Positions 11,301-21,939 are shown, counted from the stretch's first letter. The stretch: DNA of 44,057 nucleotides from Catajapyx aquilonaris (GCA_000934665.2 JYFJ02003279.1:1-44057); one strand, 5' to 3'. The notes: generated by a model from the sequence alone, not told the origin. Numbers and translations are program-made.

Positions 11301-14300
11301 TTATTAGTTCATTTGATGAGTATATCGCAGTGGCCTATCATTAACTTGTCTTATTAGTTTATTTTCATTTATTTTATTATGTTATTGTATTTGTGTGTGT
11401 GTTTATTAGGTTCTTTTATTAGTTAATTTTATTAGTGCATTTAATTAGTTAATTTTATTAGTTCATTTAATTAGGGCCTAGTTAATTTTATTAGTTCATT
11501 TCATTTGTTTATTAGTTCATTTAATTAGTTTATTTCATTTTGTTAATTTCATTAGTGGCTTTTGTGTATCCATCCCTGATTGGCATAAAAAACGTTGCGA
11601 ATTTAGGTCTCATCGCAACAAAATATTTTCGACCCAATAATCGACCATCAGACCATCGCGTGTTCCTGCGATCACCTCGTTGGGCCAAAAAAAAGAAGTT
11701 TTTGGGGAGTGTTATTGTCACAACAATGGTGATGATGAGGACGTACACGCCTCGAACAGTCGATAATAATAATTCATTACGGAAGCCAAAATGAAGCACG
11801 CGCCTCGTATATGGTTGCATGTGTACCAGTTCGCAAGGGAAGTACTGCTGTACAGGTCTCTTTGTTAATTAATCAATTACATTGGAGGACCCGGGCCACC
11901 AAAAATAGGCCTGATTGAACTGGCCACAAGCCTCGCGCCGAGATGGGTTTCCAAGTTATTAAACTTCAGGCCGGTCATTCGTCGTACTCATGCAAAAACC
12001 AATTAATTCGGGGCCCCCAAAATGCAATAAAGGGAAGCCAAACAGCACTACTTGACCTCTATATCTAAGTCAGCTCTAATTTGAAGCATTCCTCCGTAGA
12101 CGAGGTACAGGGTGTAACACTCTCGGAAATAAGCAAGGTAGTAAGGATCAAAAGTAGCCTCCAAGAAGAGAGGCGAGTGCGCACCACAGTTCGCGCAGCA
12201 CAATGGAGATGCGCGAATGTGGGTGCGCACTCGGCTTGTGCTGCTCTTTCGGTTGTTGGATCGCCTCTCCTCTTGGAGGCTATTTTTTGATCTTCAGATC
12301 TGGTACCGTATATAACAGACTTCAAGGGCTTCGAGAGAGAAAACGAGTCCGTTATAACCGAGGAGAGGTGATGCACGAGTATGTTATATCCGGAGTCAAC
12401 TGTACAGGTCACTTACCGCATAGCTGAACTGGGTGTTGTACGAAGGGTCATTGGCTCTGATTCGTCTTTCTGTCTCTGTAATAATAAACAACAAAAAGGA
12501 TAATTGTAAACATTACAAGGAATTATCCTCATGCACTATTGCAATTCATAGATGCGTGACAGCCAAAAAAAAATTGATAGCCCTTTATAGACACACAGAC
12601 GTGTTTACTAACCACGCATAGCCCCCCGGCGGAAGGCAACATGTTTATGATCAAATTTCCCGACCAATAACTGCAATCACTCGAGATCAATCACTTTTAG
12701 ATTGCGCAGGGATCATACCTGTAATCACATGTTCATTCATTTCATTTTTGGTGAAAGGCATAGTAACTTTCCACACACGCGTTATAGTCATTCTAGTATT
12801 GTACAGTCGAGGATATGAGTAAGGTAGCAGACCTGCCTGTGCGCACCCACATTCGCGCAGCACAATGGAACTGCGCGAATGTGGGTGCGCACTTGTTTGT
12901 AGGAGCACCTCTGGTGGATGCTATTTTGAAGCTTCATATCTGCTAATTTGATAACAATAATATAATTTGTCTACACACAATGGAGCTGCGCGAATGTGGG
13001 TGCGCACTCGGTTGCGCTCGTAAAAAACTATAGTTCATTTAAAAATATTTTTAGAAATTATACAAAAAAAATTATTCCGGTAAATAATCTGCACTTATTT
13101 CCAATGCTGCGATTGACGGGGAGGGGCCGGCATTTGTGACGTTCCCGAGGCACTGGCAAATTGAACTGCGCGAATGTGGCTGCGCACTCGGTTGTAGAAG
13201 CGCCTCTGGTGGAGGCTATATTTTTGAAGCTTCACGTCTGCTACCTTGGAGGGAACAAAATGCGAATTTTGCATATAATTTCACTACACACAATGAAGCT
13301 GCGCGAATGTGGCTGCGCACTCGGGTTGTAGAAGCGCCTCTGGTGGAGGCAATTGTGAAACTTCAGATCTGCTACCTAAGAGGGAACAAATACGATTTAT
13401 TTATTTTCAATGGAGGCGACACATATGCTAGATATAGCAACCTGGTGGACTTTGTCCGCGTGGCGACCCATCACCAACGTGCATGTAGTACCAATATACT
13501 CGTCCAAAAATTCCTAGAAAAAATTCGTCATGAGAAATTGAGCAGACCCGACAGAAGAAAATTACATCATATCCTTGGAACCATGTGCACTGAGACAATA
13601 ATCCGATCACGCAACTAATATTCCTATCGATTTGGCCATATCTTTTCTGGAGAGGGAGGGCAAGAGGACTGCCCCCTTGTCCTTGGCACAGGTAGACCCC
13701 CTAAAAGCACTGAAAGGTAACGAAGAGAGAACCTTTGTAAGGTTGATGCACCCCCACCAGACCATCCAGACCTTGAAGAAGTCTGGCTGATGGAAAGAAA
13801 AATTAATCGTCTGTGTGTGTGGTGGCGGCTCTAATTGTCTTTATACTTGGTCGAGCACTACTGAAAAAGACCACACACAAAAAAAATAATATTTTCGGCA
13901 GAAATATTTGCGACGTGATCCATTTTGGCTCCTCCATCAGACCCAATGAACAGCACAACCTTAACTAAGTTAACAACCAGGCTTTCAAAGAGGAGCTGCA
14001 CTTTTTAGAGGTGGGTGGGAAACACTCTTGTCGAACTCTAAAAATAGGATGTCGGATGATTCTATCTCAAAAGTAGGTCTATCGATCCTCATATTTCAAC
14101 CTCCCCCCACGGCCCCACCCTTCAAATCCGCACCCACCCACTTTCTACAATTCCAAAAATTATGTCGGAATATCGTCAAAGTCGTCCGCACAGAGTGACA
14201 CAATTTTCGCCAAAATTGCAATAGATATAATGGCAAATTCAGTAATGAAGATATGGAAATATTACATAAGTTGAGGAATGTGTTTTAAAAAATAACATTT

Positions 14301-16313
14301 GAAAATACTGTCGAAATGATATTGGAAAATATTGTCGAAATAATATTTGAAAATATACAGGGTGGTCCAAGTTCAAGTGTCGTTTTATAACGGCGATTAA
14401 TAGAAGCGCTTAACGATGACGTAGCAGCGACGTGTAAAATTGCCCACTTCGATTGCGCCGAAGATGCGCCGAAGTGGGACATTTTACGCGTCGCTGCTAC
14501 GTCATCGCAAAATCACAGCTATTAATCGCCGTTATAAAACGACACTTGAACTTGGACCACCCTGTGTGTATGAATTTTTGAAAAATCTTTCATATAGAAG
14601 AATATGTATGAAAATAATTATTTTTGAAAATATCTTTTTATAGAGTAGGCCTATATGTATGAAAATAATGTGGAATAAAATCGTCGAGAGAAAATCTTTT
14701 TTGGAAATTGTGTGAAAATATTTTTTTGAAGATATCTTTTTACAGAATATGTATGAAAATATATATATTTTTTAAAATATCTTTTATAGAGTATATGTAT
14801 GAAAATAATGTGGAATGAAATCGTCGAGAGCAAATATTTTTTTGGAAATTGTGTGAAAATATACCATTAAAAATAATTTATGCAAATAATCTGTGAAAAT
14901 ATGCTACACGAAAATAATCTGTAAAAATATGCACACGAAAATAATTTGGGAAAATGTCGGTGAAAATAATACGAAAATATCGGTGATAAATATTGTGAAA
15001 ATATTAGTCATAAATAATTGGTGAAAATGTTTTCAATAATTTGTGAAAATAATACGAAAATATCGGTGATAAATATTGTGAAAATACTAGTCATAAATAA
15101 TTGGTGAAAATGTTTTAAATAATTTGTGAAAATATTAGTGAAAATATTAGTGAAAATGTTTAAAATAATTTGTGAAAATATTTGTGAAAATATATTTTAA
15201 AATAATGTGAAAATAGCGCTGAAATCACGTTACAGTGTGTGCGAGTGCGCACCACAGTTCTCGCAGCTCGCAGGGTTGGAATTATCAATAACATCTGACA
15301 ATCTCTGTGTACATAGTGGAATAGTGGATAAGCGATGCATTATTTCCAACGCTATACGCTAGTAGGGAGGACAATATATAGATATGGCCGACGGTTGCGA
15401 CGTTGCGGAGGCTCTCAAATGAACCTGCGCGAGTGTGAGTGCGCACTCGGTTGCGCTCGTAAAATAAATTTATATATTTACAATTATTATACATACAAAA
15501 AATGATTCATGACCTGCACTTATTTCCAATGCTACGATTTTGGGGNGACGACGCGACGTTGCCAGTCTGCGCCAGTCTGGGTGCGCTCGTGGGGGGGGGA
15601 TCATATCTTTCACTTTCCCCAGTCCAAGCAATTTAGCGCCCTAGTGGACTTTGTCCGCGATGCGACTCATCACCAACGTGCAACGCACTTTCACTGAGCG
15701 TGGCAGGAATGTTTAATGGGTCTGCTACTACTGTAGTGCGTGACTTATACTTATTCTGACTCATCCTGTACCGCAAATGCAAAGATTGCCCGTAGTAACA
15801 CGCCGTAACAACTATTCGCCAGAGACCAATTCCCTTGGCGGCTGTTAGTCTTTTCGCATTGGTAAACAAGCTAGTTTACCAATGATAGCCGACATGCGGC
15901 CGGTTTGATGAGTGTGACCTTATAGCCACAGCTTCAATAGAGAGTGTACGGCAGTGCGTACCTGTGACGGACAGCTGGTCATCCGCTCTTCCAGCTCTGA
16001 ATGTCCGGCAGTACCACTTGCCCAGGATGGCCAAGAGAGACCTCCAAAATCCCCTTCGGTTGGCCCCGGGTTGCACAGCACCCGTACTCGCCCCGGGGCA
16101 GAGTGCCCTAACCTGTCCTGGCCCCGGGGCCGATCTGCCCCTACCCACGAACACTATTCGTCTGGACATATGCTTCTTCTTCTTCTTAGGCTGATCCTCC
16201 TCCTCCTCTTGGTCCTCCTCCTGACCTCTGACCTCACTTATGACCACACTCGGTGACGGTCTGTTCCTCTGGTCGCGCAACTGGAACACTTCCAACTCGT
16301 ACGAGTCGTCCAT
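4714..16313 (-). CDS. ATP8B: ATP8B-type P4-ATPase (phospholipid flippase), spliced gene, proximal-first-exon isoform of about 1337 aa (17 exons)
   Basis: Hand-spliced GT-AG exons keep frame throughout; motifs LDGETNLK (A domain), VVPISL (TM4), DKTGTLT (phosphorylation site), [24 protein letters not shown]-terminal [15 protein letters not shown]1 end LLVLQVIP (not QQ) and the ERRIRAND exon point to the ATP8B class. Confidence 0.93.
5404..5507 (-). CDS. ATP8B: ATP8B exon ([11 protein letters not shown]...VVTAQ)
   Basis: Acceptor GGCAG, donor GTTAGT, phases 1/0. Confidence 0.9.
5563..6012 (-). CDS. ATP8B: ATP8B exon ([13 protein letters not shown]...FFVPY)
   Basis: Acceptor TTTCAG, donor GTAAGC, phases 1/1; [24 protein letters not shown] motif. 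Confidence 0.93.
6070..6198 (-). CDS. ATP8B: ATP8B exon ([14 protein letters not shown]...[11 protein letters not shown])
   Basis: Acceptor TCGCAG, donor GTGAGC, phases 1/1. Confidence 0.93.
6256..6398 (-). CDS. ATP8B: ATP8B exon ([10 protein letters not shown]...FLDVASQ)
   Basis: Acceptor TTCTAG, donor GTAAGT, phases 2/1. Confidence 0.88.
6458..6641 (-). CDS. ATP8B: ATP8B exon ([10 protein letters not shown]...VSVVTF)
   Basis: Acceptor GTACAG, donor GTAAGT, phases 1/2. Confidence 0.9.
6698..7166 (-). CDS. ATP8B: ATP8B exon ([11 protein letters not shown]...WVLTGDKQ)
   Basis: Acceptor TAACAG, donor GTTTGC, phases 0/1; [19 protein letters not shown] motifs. Confidence 0.93.
7223..7495 (-). 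CDS. ATP8B: ATP8B exon ([10 protein letters not shown]...NSITIQ)
   Basis: Acceptor CTCGCAG, donor GTTAGG, phases 0/0; LALCHTV and YQAQSPDE motifs. Confidence 0.93.
7691..8290. repeat. 47-bp intronic minisatellite, about 12 copies (some 51-bp variants)
   Basis: Unit GAATTAATGTAGAAAAATGTACGATGAATTCAATGTACGATGTAATT; e.g. starts at 8074 and 8121. Confidence 0.92.
8488..8676 (-). CDS. Candidate in-frame alternative cassette exon of ATP8B (63 aa, acidic)
   Basis: 189 nt open frame, phase 0/0 like both neighbours; pyrimidine tract then GAAG acceptor, ATT|GTACGG donor; more balanced base composition than the surrounding AT-rich intron. Confidence 0.5.
8777..8869 (-). CDS. ATP8B: ATP8B exon ([12 protein letters not shown]...PLEITE)
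   Basis: Acceptor TTCTAG, donor GTGAGT, phases 0/0, 93 nt; missed by the ORF track. Confidence 0.9.
8932..9094 (-). CDS. ATP8B: ATP8B exon (SVEVIRL...[11 protein letters not shown]), catalytic aspartate
   Basis: Acceptor TTTCAG, donor GTGAGC, phases 2/0. Confidence 0.94.
9156..9367 (-). CDS. ATP8B: ATP8B exon ([10 protein letters not shown]...[10 protein letters not shown]), TM3-TM4
   Basis: Acceptor TTACAG, donor GTAAGT, phases 0/2. Confidence 0.93.
9428..9692 (-). CDS. ATP8B: ATP8B exon ([14 protein letters not shown]...LNFIIVG)
   Basis: Acceptor TTACAG, donor GTAAGT, phases 2/0. Confidence 0.93.
9749..10020 (-). CDS. ATP8B: ATP8B exon ([11 protein letters not shown]...LDGETNLK...GQDER)
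   Basis: Acceptor CCGCAG, donor GTCCGT, phases 0/2. Confidence 0.92.
10129..10227 (-). CDS. ATP8B: ATP8B exon ([10 protein letters not shown]...KDAYDDF), TM2
   Basis: Acceptor GTGCAG, donor GTAAGA, phases 0/0, 99 nt. Confidence 0.92.
10306..10419 (-). CDS. ATP8B: ATP8B exon (NNYIKTSKY...[18 protein letters not shown]), TM1
   Basis: Acceptor TTTCAG, donor GTCAGT, phases 0/0, 114 nt. Confidence 0.93.
10580..11555. repeat. AT-rich degenerate tandem repeat with strand switches
   Basis: TTAGTTCATTTATT-type motifs (10580-10800, 11100-11555) flank their reverse complement AATAAATGAACT(A/G)A (10820-11090); 30-bp units at 11120-11260. Confidence 0.8.
12150..13385. repeat. Cluster of family D (GAGTGCGCAC) repeat fragments around the small ATP8B exon
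   Basis: GCTGCGCGAATGTGG(G/C)TGCGCACTCGG motifs at about 12210, 12870, 12985, 13165, 13298. Confidence 0.75.
12417..12475 (-). CDS. ATP8B: ATP8B small shared exon ([20 protein letters not shown])
   Basis: Acceptor ATTACAG, donor GTAAGT, phases 1/0, 59 nt; ERRxRAND is the conserved ATP8B N-terminal motif preceding NxIKTSKY. Confidence 0.9.
14358..14564. mobile_element. MITE family A, 207-bp near-palindrome with Tc1/mariner-like CAGGGTG ends, copy 1
   Basis: CAGGGTGGTCCAAGTTCAAGTGTCGTTTTATAACGGCGATTAATAG...CTATTAATCGCCGTTATAAAACGACACTTGAACTTGGACCACCCTG; flanks TA / TG. Confidence 0.92.
14570..15215. repeat. AT-rich GAAAATA-based degenerate tandem repeats
   Basis: Repeated GTGAAAATA / TATGAAAATAAT; duplicated blocks near 14650/14790 and 14960/15043; similar sequence at 14290-14357 on the other side of MITE A. 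Confidence 0.75.
15243..15462. mobile_element. Family D TIR element
   Basis: GAGTGCGCACCACAGTTC...TTATTTCCAACGCTA...ATGGCCGACG.TTGCGACGTTGC...GTGCGCACTCGGTTGCGCTCGTAAA. Confidence 0.75.
15962..16313 (-). CDS. ATP8B: ATP8B proximal alternative first coding exon ([10 protein letters not shown]...DDQLSVT, 117 aa)
   Basis: ATG at 16313 with in-frame TAG just upstream; ACAG|GTACGC donor in phase 1 matches the 12475 exon; GC-rich open frame. Confidence 0.7.
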
Positions 16314-16438
16314 TGTACGCTAGTCTATCGGGGTCACTTCGACGAGGTCACCTCATGACCCATTGCTGTAGGACATGCCGCAATATACTGGGGTGTACTA
16401 TACCGAGCAAAAAGATCCGGACATAAGCTAACCTATCA

Positions 16439-16740
16439 AGTACGTAACACGTCACGTGACTCTCGTGACAGAATTACGTACGTAACACGTCACGTGACTC
16501 TCGTGACAGAATTACGTACGTAACACGTCACGTGTTAGCCTCAAGTACGTACGACGTACACGTCACACGATATCCTGAAGTACGCAACACGTCACGTGAC
16601 GGAGCATCATTACGTAACACGTGACGTCTCGTGACAGAATTACGTACGTAACACGTCACGTGATAGCCTCAAGTACGTCACATGTCACGTGGCAGATCAC
16701 GTCCGTAACATGTCGAGTGTGTGACATCACGTGACGGACG
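16439..16740. repeat. ACGT-rich tandem repeat (38-bp core unit) with 8 CACGTG E-boxes
   Basis: Unit TACGTAACACGTCACGTGACTCTCGTGACAGAATTACG; CACGTG at 16453, 16491, 16529, 16593, 16618, 16657, 16686, 16728. Confidence 0.85.
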
Positions 16741-17879
16741 TTACGGTTAATCGCAATTACAAAAGTGGCTCGGGTCTGCGACTCTGTCCGCGGTGAGTCA
16801 TCAGAATCGTTATCTATGCGAGTGATACTGTACTACGTCCACACATGATGACGGCCGTTACGGTGAAAAGTTGCAATTAGAAAATTGGATTGGATCTGTG
16901 ACTATCCGCGGTGAGTCATCAGCGGCATCTATGTGGGGGTATGCTACTACGTCCACGTGTGACTGTGCGTGACAGTGGGTAAGAGGGAGGTGAAAACATA
17001 TTCGTGTAACGTACTGTATGGTTGGAACATTATCACGTGCGCAGGCCACAACAGGTGGACAGACTTTGCACCTAGAGCGATACTATCGACAACACGTCAT
17101 ATCATCATCATAATAATGCGGACTATAACACTAAAAAAAATTATGCGGAATACCCGAAAATTATGGCAGTATGACAGTACCCGTCACATGGTACGTTCAA
17201 TAAAACTACGGGCTCTTATTGCTCGGTATGGTACCGGTCAACACCCAGTACATTTGCTAATAATGACAGCCCCCTTAGTTATACGTACAGGAAATGAGTA
17301 AAAATGGACCTGTCAAAACCCTCGGTACCACCCGACAGTACACTGCACAAATCAAACGTATTGCACATCTGATCGATCCGGCTGTCCTTGAATGAAACAT
17401 ACGCCACGTCGACTGTACCAGATGTACCGATGTACATACACTGGTGCGACCTGCCCTGTCATACCGCGACCTAGGTCATCGTGTCACAAGCGACGCACTC
17501 ACGCACTTTTGTCGGGGAGGTGTACTGTACACACGCTATCAGCCGGATGGGGAAATGTGGGCCTATCTAGTATTTAGTTCCTAGAAACAGCCTATAGTAG
17601 GCTAGGCTAGCCTAATGATTGTGGGTCTGGCAGGCTGCCTGCCTTTGGCTGCTGCCGATCGATGCCAACCTCTCAAGCCTATCTACCCCGAGTTGCGCTA
17701 CACAAGTCCACGACCCGCTCTACACACACACCCACACGTACGCACACACGTACGGCATCAGAAGCCCACGCATTTCGTACCAGACACCAACAATTCAATA
17801 ATTATGCAATTGTGCATAGAGCCTTCTGGACTAAAAAGGAAGATTTCATTGCAACCTGATGTGTATAGTCACTCCAAGG

Positions 17880-18560
17880 AGTAAGGTAGCGGACATGAAG
17901 CTCAAATTAGCCTCCAATGTAGTGCGCACCCACTTTCGCGCAGCTCCAACCTAGTGCGCACGCAGTTCGCTCAGCACGATGGAGCTGCGCCAATGTGGGT
18001 GCGCACTCGGTTGTAGATAGCAGACCCGAAGCTAAAATTAGCCTCCAAGTCGAGTGCGCACCCACTTTCGCGCAGCTACAACGTAGTGCGCACACACGTC
18101 GCTCAGCACAATGGAGCTGCGCCAATGCGGGTACGCACTCGGTTGTAGATAGCAGACCCGAAACTAAAATTAGCCTCCAAGTCGAGTGCGCACCCACTTT
18201 CGCGCAGCTCCAGTGTACTGCGCACACACGTCGCTCAGCACAATGGAGCTGCGCCAATGCGGGTGCGCACTCGGTTCTAGATAGCAGACCCGAAGCTAAA
18301 ATTATCCTCATCCCTTGTCATGAAGAGGTAGGAGCGAGGAGGCTAATTTGAGCTTCGGGTATGTTATCTCAGTGCCCTCTGGACAATAAGGAAATTAACA
18401 TTGAAACCTGCTGTGTACAGCCCAGGAGTAAGGTAGCAGACCTGAAGCTCAAATTAGCCTCCAAATCGAGTGCGGACCACAGTTCGCTCAGGACAATGGA
18501 TCTGCGTGAATGTGGGTGCGCGATCGGTTGTAAATAGCAGACTCGAAGCTCAAATCAGTC
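17880..18560. repeat. Tandem array of about 132-bp units built from GTGCGCAC-family (family D) hairpins
   Basis: GCCTCCAA starts at 17910, 18041, 18173 and again about 18457; each unit holds GAGTGCGCACCCAC...GTGGGTGCGCACTC inverted arms. Confidence 0.85.
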
Positions 18561-18583
18561 TTCTAAAGATCGGTCAATATAAG

Positions 18584-18770
18584 AACGCAACCGAGTGCGC
18601 AGCCTGTGTGCGCACCGAGGAGTGACATGTGAGTAGATGTTGGAAGTTACGCTTTATTTCTGACACTGGTGGGCTCCTCTGCGGCGCGGCGTTGCCAGAG
18701 CCACTCACAGGTGAACGTGGCAACGTTGTGGGTCTTGCGCGAAGTAGTGTGCGCACTCGGTTGCATTCTT
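18584..18770. mobile_element. Family D TIR element
   Basis: GAACGCAACCGAGTGCGCA...TGCGCACTCGGTTGCATTC. Confidence 0.7.
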
Positions 18771-18828
18771 AAGGTGACCGATCTTTAATAACTTGTCATA
18801 AATAAGTGTAGAAGGGTAATTTGACCGT

Positions 18829-19107
18829 GGTCTGTTTACGCCCCTCACGAGTTGAGCCTCGGTCGTACGACCACGACGCTTTGCGACCGACAAAACCGGT
18901 CGTACGACCAAGACGCTTTGCGACCGACAAAAAATTTGCAAAATTTTGTGCCGGTCGTACGACCAGGACGCTTTGCGACCGACAAAAATGTGCCGGTCGT
19001 ACGACCAAGACACTTTGCGACCGACAAAAAATTAGCAAAATTTTGCGTCGGTCGCAAAGCGTCTGGTCGTGCGACCGTGGCTCAAATCGTGAGGCCGTAA
19101 ACAGGTC
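18829..19107. mobile_element. TIR element with internally amplified subterminal repeat
   Basis: Left CTGTTTACGCCCCTCACGAGTTGAGCCTCGGTCG vs reverse complement of right end CTGTTTACGGCCTCACGATTTGAGCCACGGTCG; GGTCGTACGACCA.GACGCTTTGCGACCGAC occurs 4x forward and 1x inverted. Confidence 0.75.
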
Positions 19108-19896
19108 TTCGTTCCTTTTAAGTGCGGAAATGAGTAAGTCAACAAACCTGAAGCTCAAAGTGCGCACCCACATTCGCGCATCTCGATTGTCCTGCGCGAA
19201 CTGCGCTGCGCACTCGACTTTCCGGTAACTACGCACACCGGAAACGTTAACAAAGAAGCCGTGCTCCACGAAGCGGGCACTTACAAGTCAATTTATAAGA
19301 GTCACAACGTCACTTTGGGGACAGCTGCTTCAAAAAAAGTCCCTAACGTCTTTGAATAATGAATAACGCGTAAGACATCACGCACTGGTTGGGGAGCCCT
19401 CACGACATTTTGGGGCATGAAAGCAGCTTATTCAAGGCGGCTCCATTGTTGTGCAGCCGCGAGCATAATATTGTGTCCACATCTTTATGCTCGCGACAGT
19501 ACAGAAATTTCGCAATATTTCCATTCAGTTCCTATATAGACACCTTTAAGGTCGCAAAATAGCCTTATTTACATTTTTGGCCATTGATATCGCGCAGGTT
19601 CTATAAATAGAATCTGTGCGAGTAAATCAGAGGTTATCTGATGCTACAAGTCTTCCTCGGGAATTATGCGACGATAAAATTTGACGAGACCTTGTATGTG
19701 CATGTGCGTCACATGTCTATTTGCGGATTCATTTTCTTTTAACAGTGGAGGCTACCTAGCAACAAGGATGTGGGGGTTTGTGTGTTTTTTTCCGTTTTCC
19801 GCGGCGACTCTTTTTGCTGAAAAATTGTAAGCATATGCAAAGCAGGATGTTTGTTGATATCGCAAAAATACATACCGCAAAAGTTGGAAGCCATAG

Positions 19897-20249
19897 CAGG
19901 GAGCATATACTACATAAGAGGCGCAAACATTCGATTTCCGTGTCTCTCTGTTTGGGGCGTTGCCAAGGCTGGCGGCCATTTTGAAGTGTGGGCAATGCCA
20001 ACGAGGTATAAATAGGGTACAGGCAAAAAAAAAGGGTCCGCCATCTTTGATTCGCGCGTGTTCTTGCCATGGCCGCCAAAACCATCAAAGATGGCGGACC
20101 ATATTTTTGCCTGTACCCTATTTATACCTCGTTGGCGTTCCCCACACTTCAAAATGGTCGCCAGCCTTGGCAACGGCCCCAAACAGAGAGACGCGATCAT
20201 CAAAGGCGCCGACAGAAGTTTGCACCTCTTATGTAGTATATGCTCCCTG
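19897..20249. mobile_element. MITE family C, 353 bp, long TIRs, 7-bp target duplication (P-superfamily-like)
   Basis: TIR CAGGGAGCATATACTACATAAGAGG / CCTCTTATGTAGTATATGCTCCCTG; GCCATAG directly flanks both ends (19890-19896, 20250-20256). Confidence 0.9.
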
Positions 20250-20965
20250 GCCATAGTACCTCCGAAGCATACCGATAATATTGTGATTAAATAACTCTCA
20301 TTGTTCTGTGGAGATGATAGTAACTCAGAGATATGCTCGTTAACTACAGTATTTATGACCCCAAAAAATTGTCAAAACCTATAATCAGTATGACAACTTT
20401 AATGAGATGGCCCGCCGATTCAGCTGAATCAGGTCGGACAAACACCAGACGGAGAGAATAAGCCTATTAGGTGAAAGATGCGCGTTTGGAAGGTTTTTTT
20501 ACTTCGTCGCGTAGTAAAGATCAGCCGTTTTAAGGCCTATGTCCCAAGTTTAAACCAATTAAATTACAATTTAAATTTGGGTAAAAGCTCTCTCGGGAAG
20601 GTGTGGCAAAAAGTATCTATGTGACCTAAACGTCATTTTGAAAGTTTATGCACCATGAAATTGCAAAAAAAAAAAAGAGCGCTACATTACGTTTGAAGCA
20701 CCTTTCCTCTTGAAATTTAGCAACGACGATTTATAAGTAAAATTAGCATCTATAGTACTGAGCTCATTAAATTGTAACATGATTTATGACGTATATTGTG
20801 TTAATGGCCGTCACTGTTTCCTCCTTTAGTTGAATTTCATTATTTTTATGTAATTTTTATGTTCCTATAGTCTGGCCTCCTGTTGTTACCGCGACGTTTC
20901 CTATTGGCCCCCGTTCTGCGCATGCGCAGTGTGTTGATGGAGGTCGGCGAGTGCTGGACATAACA

Positions 20966-21172
20966 CAGGGTGGTCCAAATTCAAGTGTCGTTTTATAACG
21001 GCGATTAATAGAAGCGCTTAACGATGACGTAGCAGCGACGTGTAAAATTGCCCACTTCGATTGCGCCGAAGATGCGCCGAAGTGGGACATTTTACGCGTC
21101 GCTGCTACGTCATCGCAAAATCACTGCTATTAATCGCCGTTATAAAACGACACTTGAACTTGGACCACCCTG
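20966..21172. mobile_element. MITE family A, copy 2
   Basis: Near-identical 207-bp copy; flanks CA / TA. Confidence 0.92.
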
Positions 21173-21939
21173 TATTATACGGTGTCGTACTGGTGCCGCC
21201 AATAGCCGGTTGCTGCAAAAGAGTGAATCGAAGCAATGTATTTGTTGCTAATTCATCTCTTCGATTCGCTCTTTTGCCGCCATCGCCACCAGCACTGTGC
21301 AGACTTTTTTAAAAAATGCATACAAATTATGTCGAAAATATTAGCTGGCGGTTAACATGTTTTTCTCCCGAGCCCTTCAAACATATGTCATTTAAATAAT
21401 AAATAATAATAAATAAATAATAAATTGTCAGGGCGGAAAGTCACTGCTAACCTCAACCTGAGCCCGATATAGATCAATCAGCAAATACACGCACGTTTCA
21501 AAGGCCAGACACATGTCGGTACCGCTGCAACCAAGTCTGCGCATCGGCCAACTACTTGAAATAGATTCTGTCGCGCCTAAGTAACGAAATACCCCCCCCC
21601 CCCCCCAAGAACCTTGGCCAGAAAATCATCTGCATTAAATCCTGATCAACATCGCCTAAGTGTCAATCAGTAATCGTCCAGTCCTTGGCCATAGGTCAAT
21701 AATGGCTGCCCATCGTTCACAGTCAGTCTATAGCATATAGGCTTGTCCTTTACCCACAATTGCAAACAAACATTCAGCTAACAAAAATGCGGTGACGTCA
21801 CAAAGAAGTGGGAGGTGCAGCCCTCTTTTTACGTTCTTAATTTATCAGTTTATGTCACGGTTGTGTAAGAAATGCTCGAGACAGTGCATATATGACAACA
21901 TGTACTGTGCTGTAGATAACTTTTAAAAAAGAGGAAATC

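Noticed and set aside
13136..13618. 160-aa ORF
   Set aside because: Made of family D repeat fragments; the same pseudo-peptides (RECGCAL, MWVRTR) recur wherever the repeat occurs.
18860..19030. CRISPR-like appearance (palindromic direct repeats with linkers)
   Set aside because: Linkers are only a few to about 20 bp and non-unique, the block sits inside an inverted-repeat element in a eukaryotic intron, and there are no cas genes.
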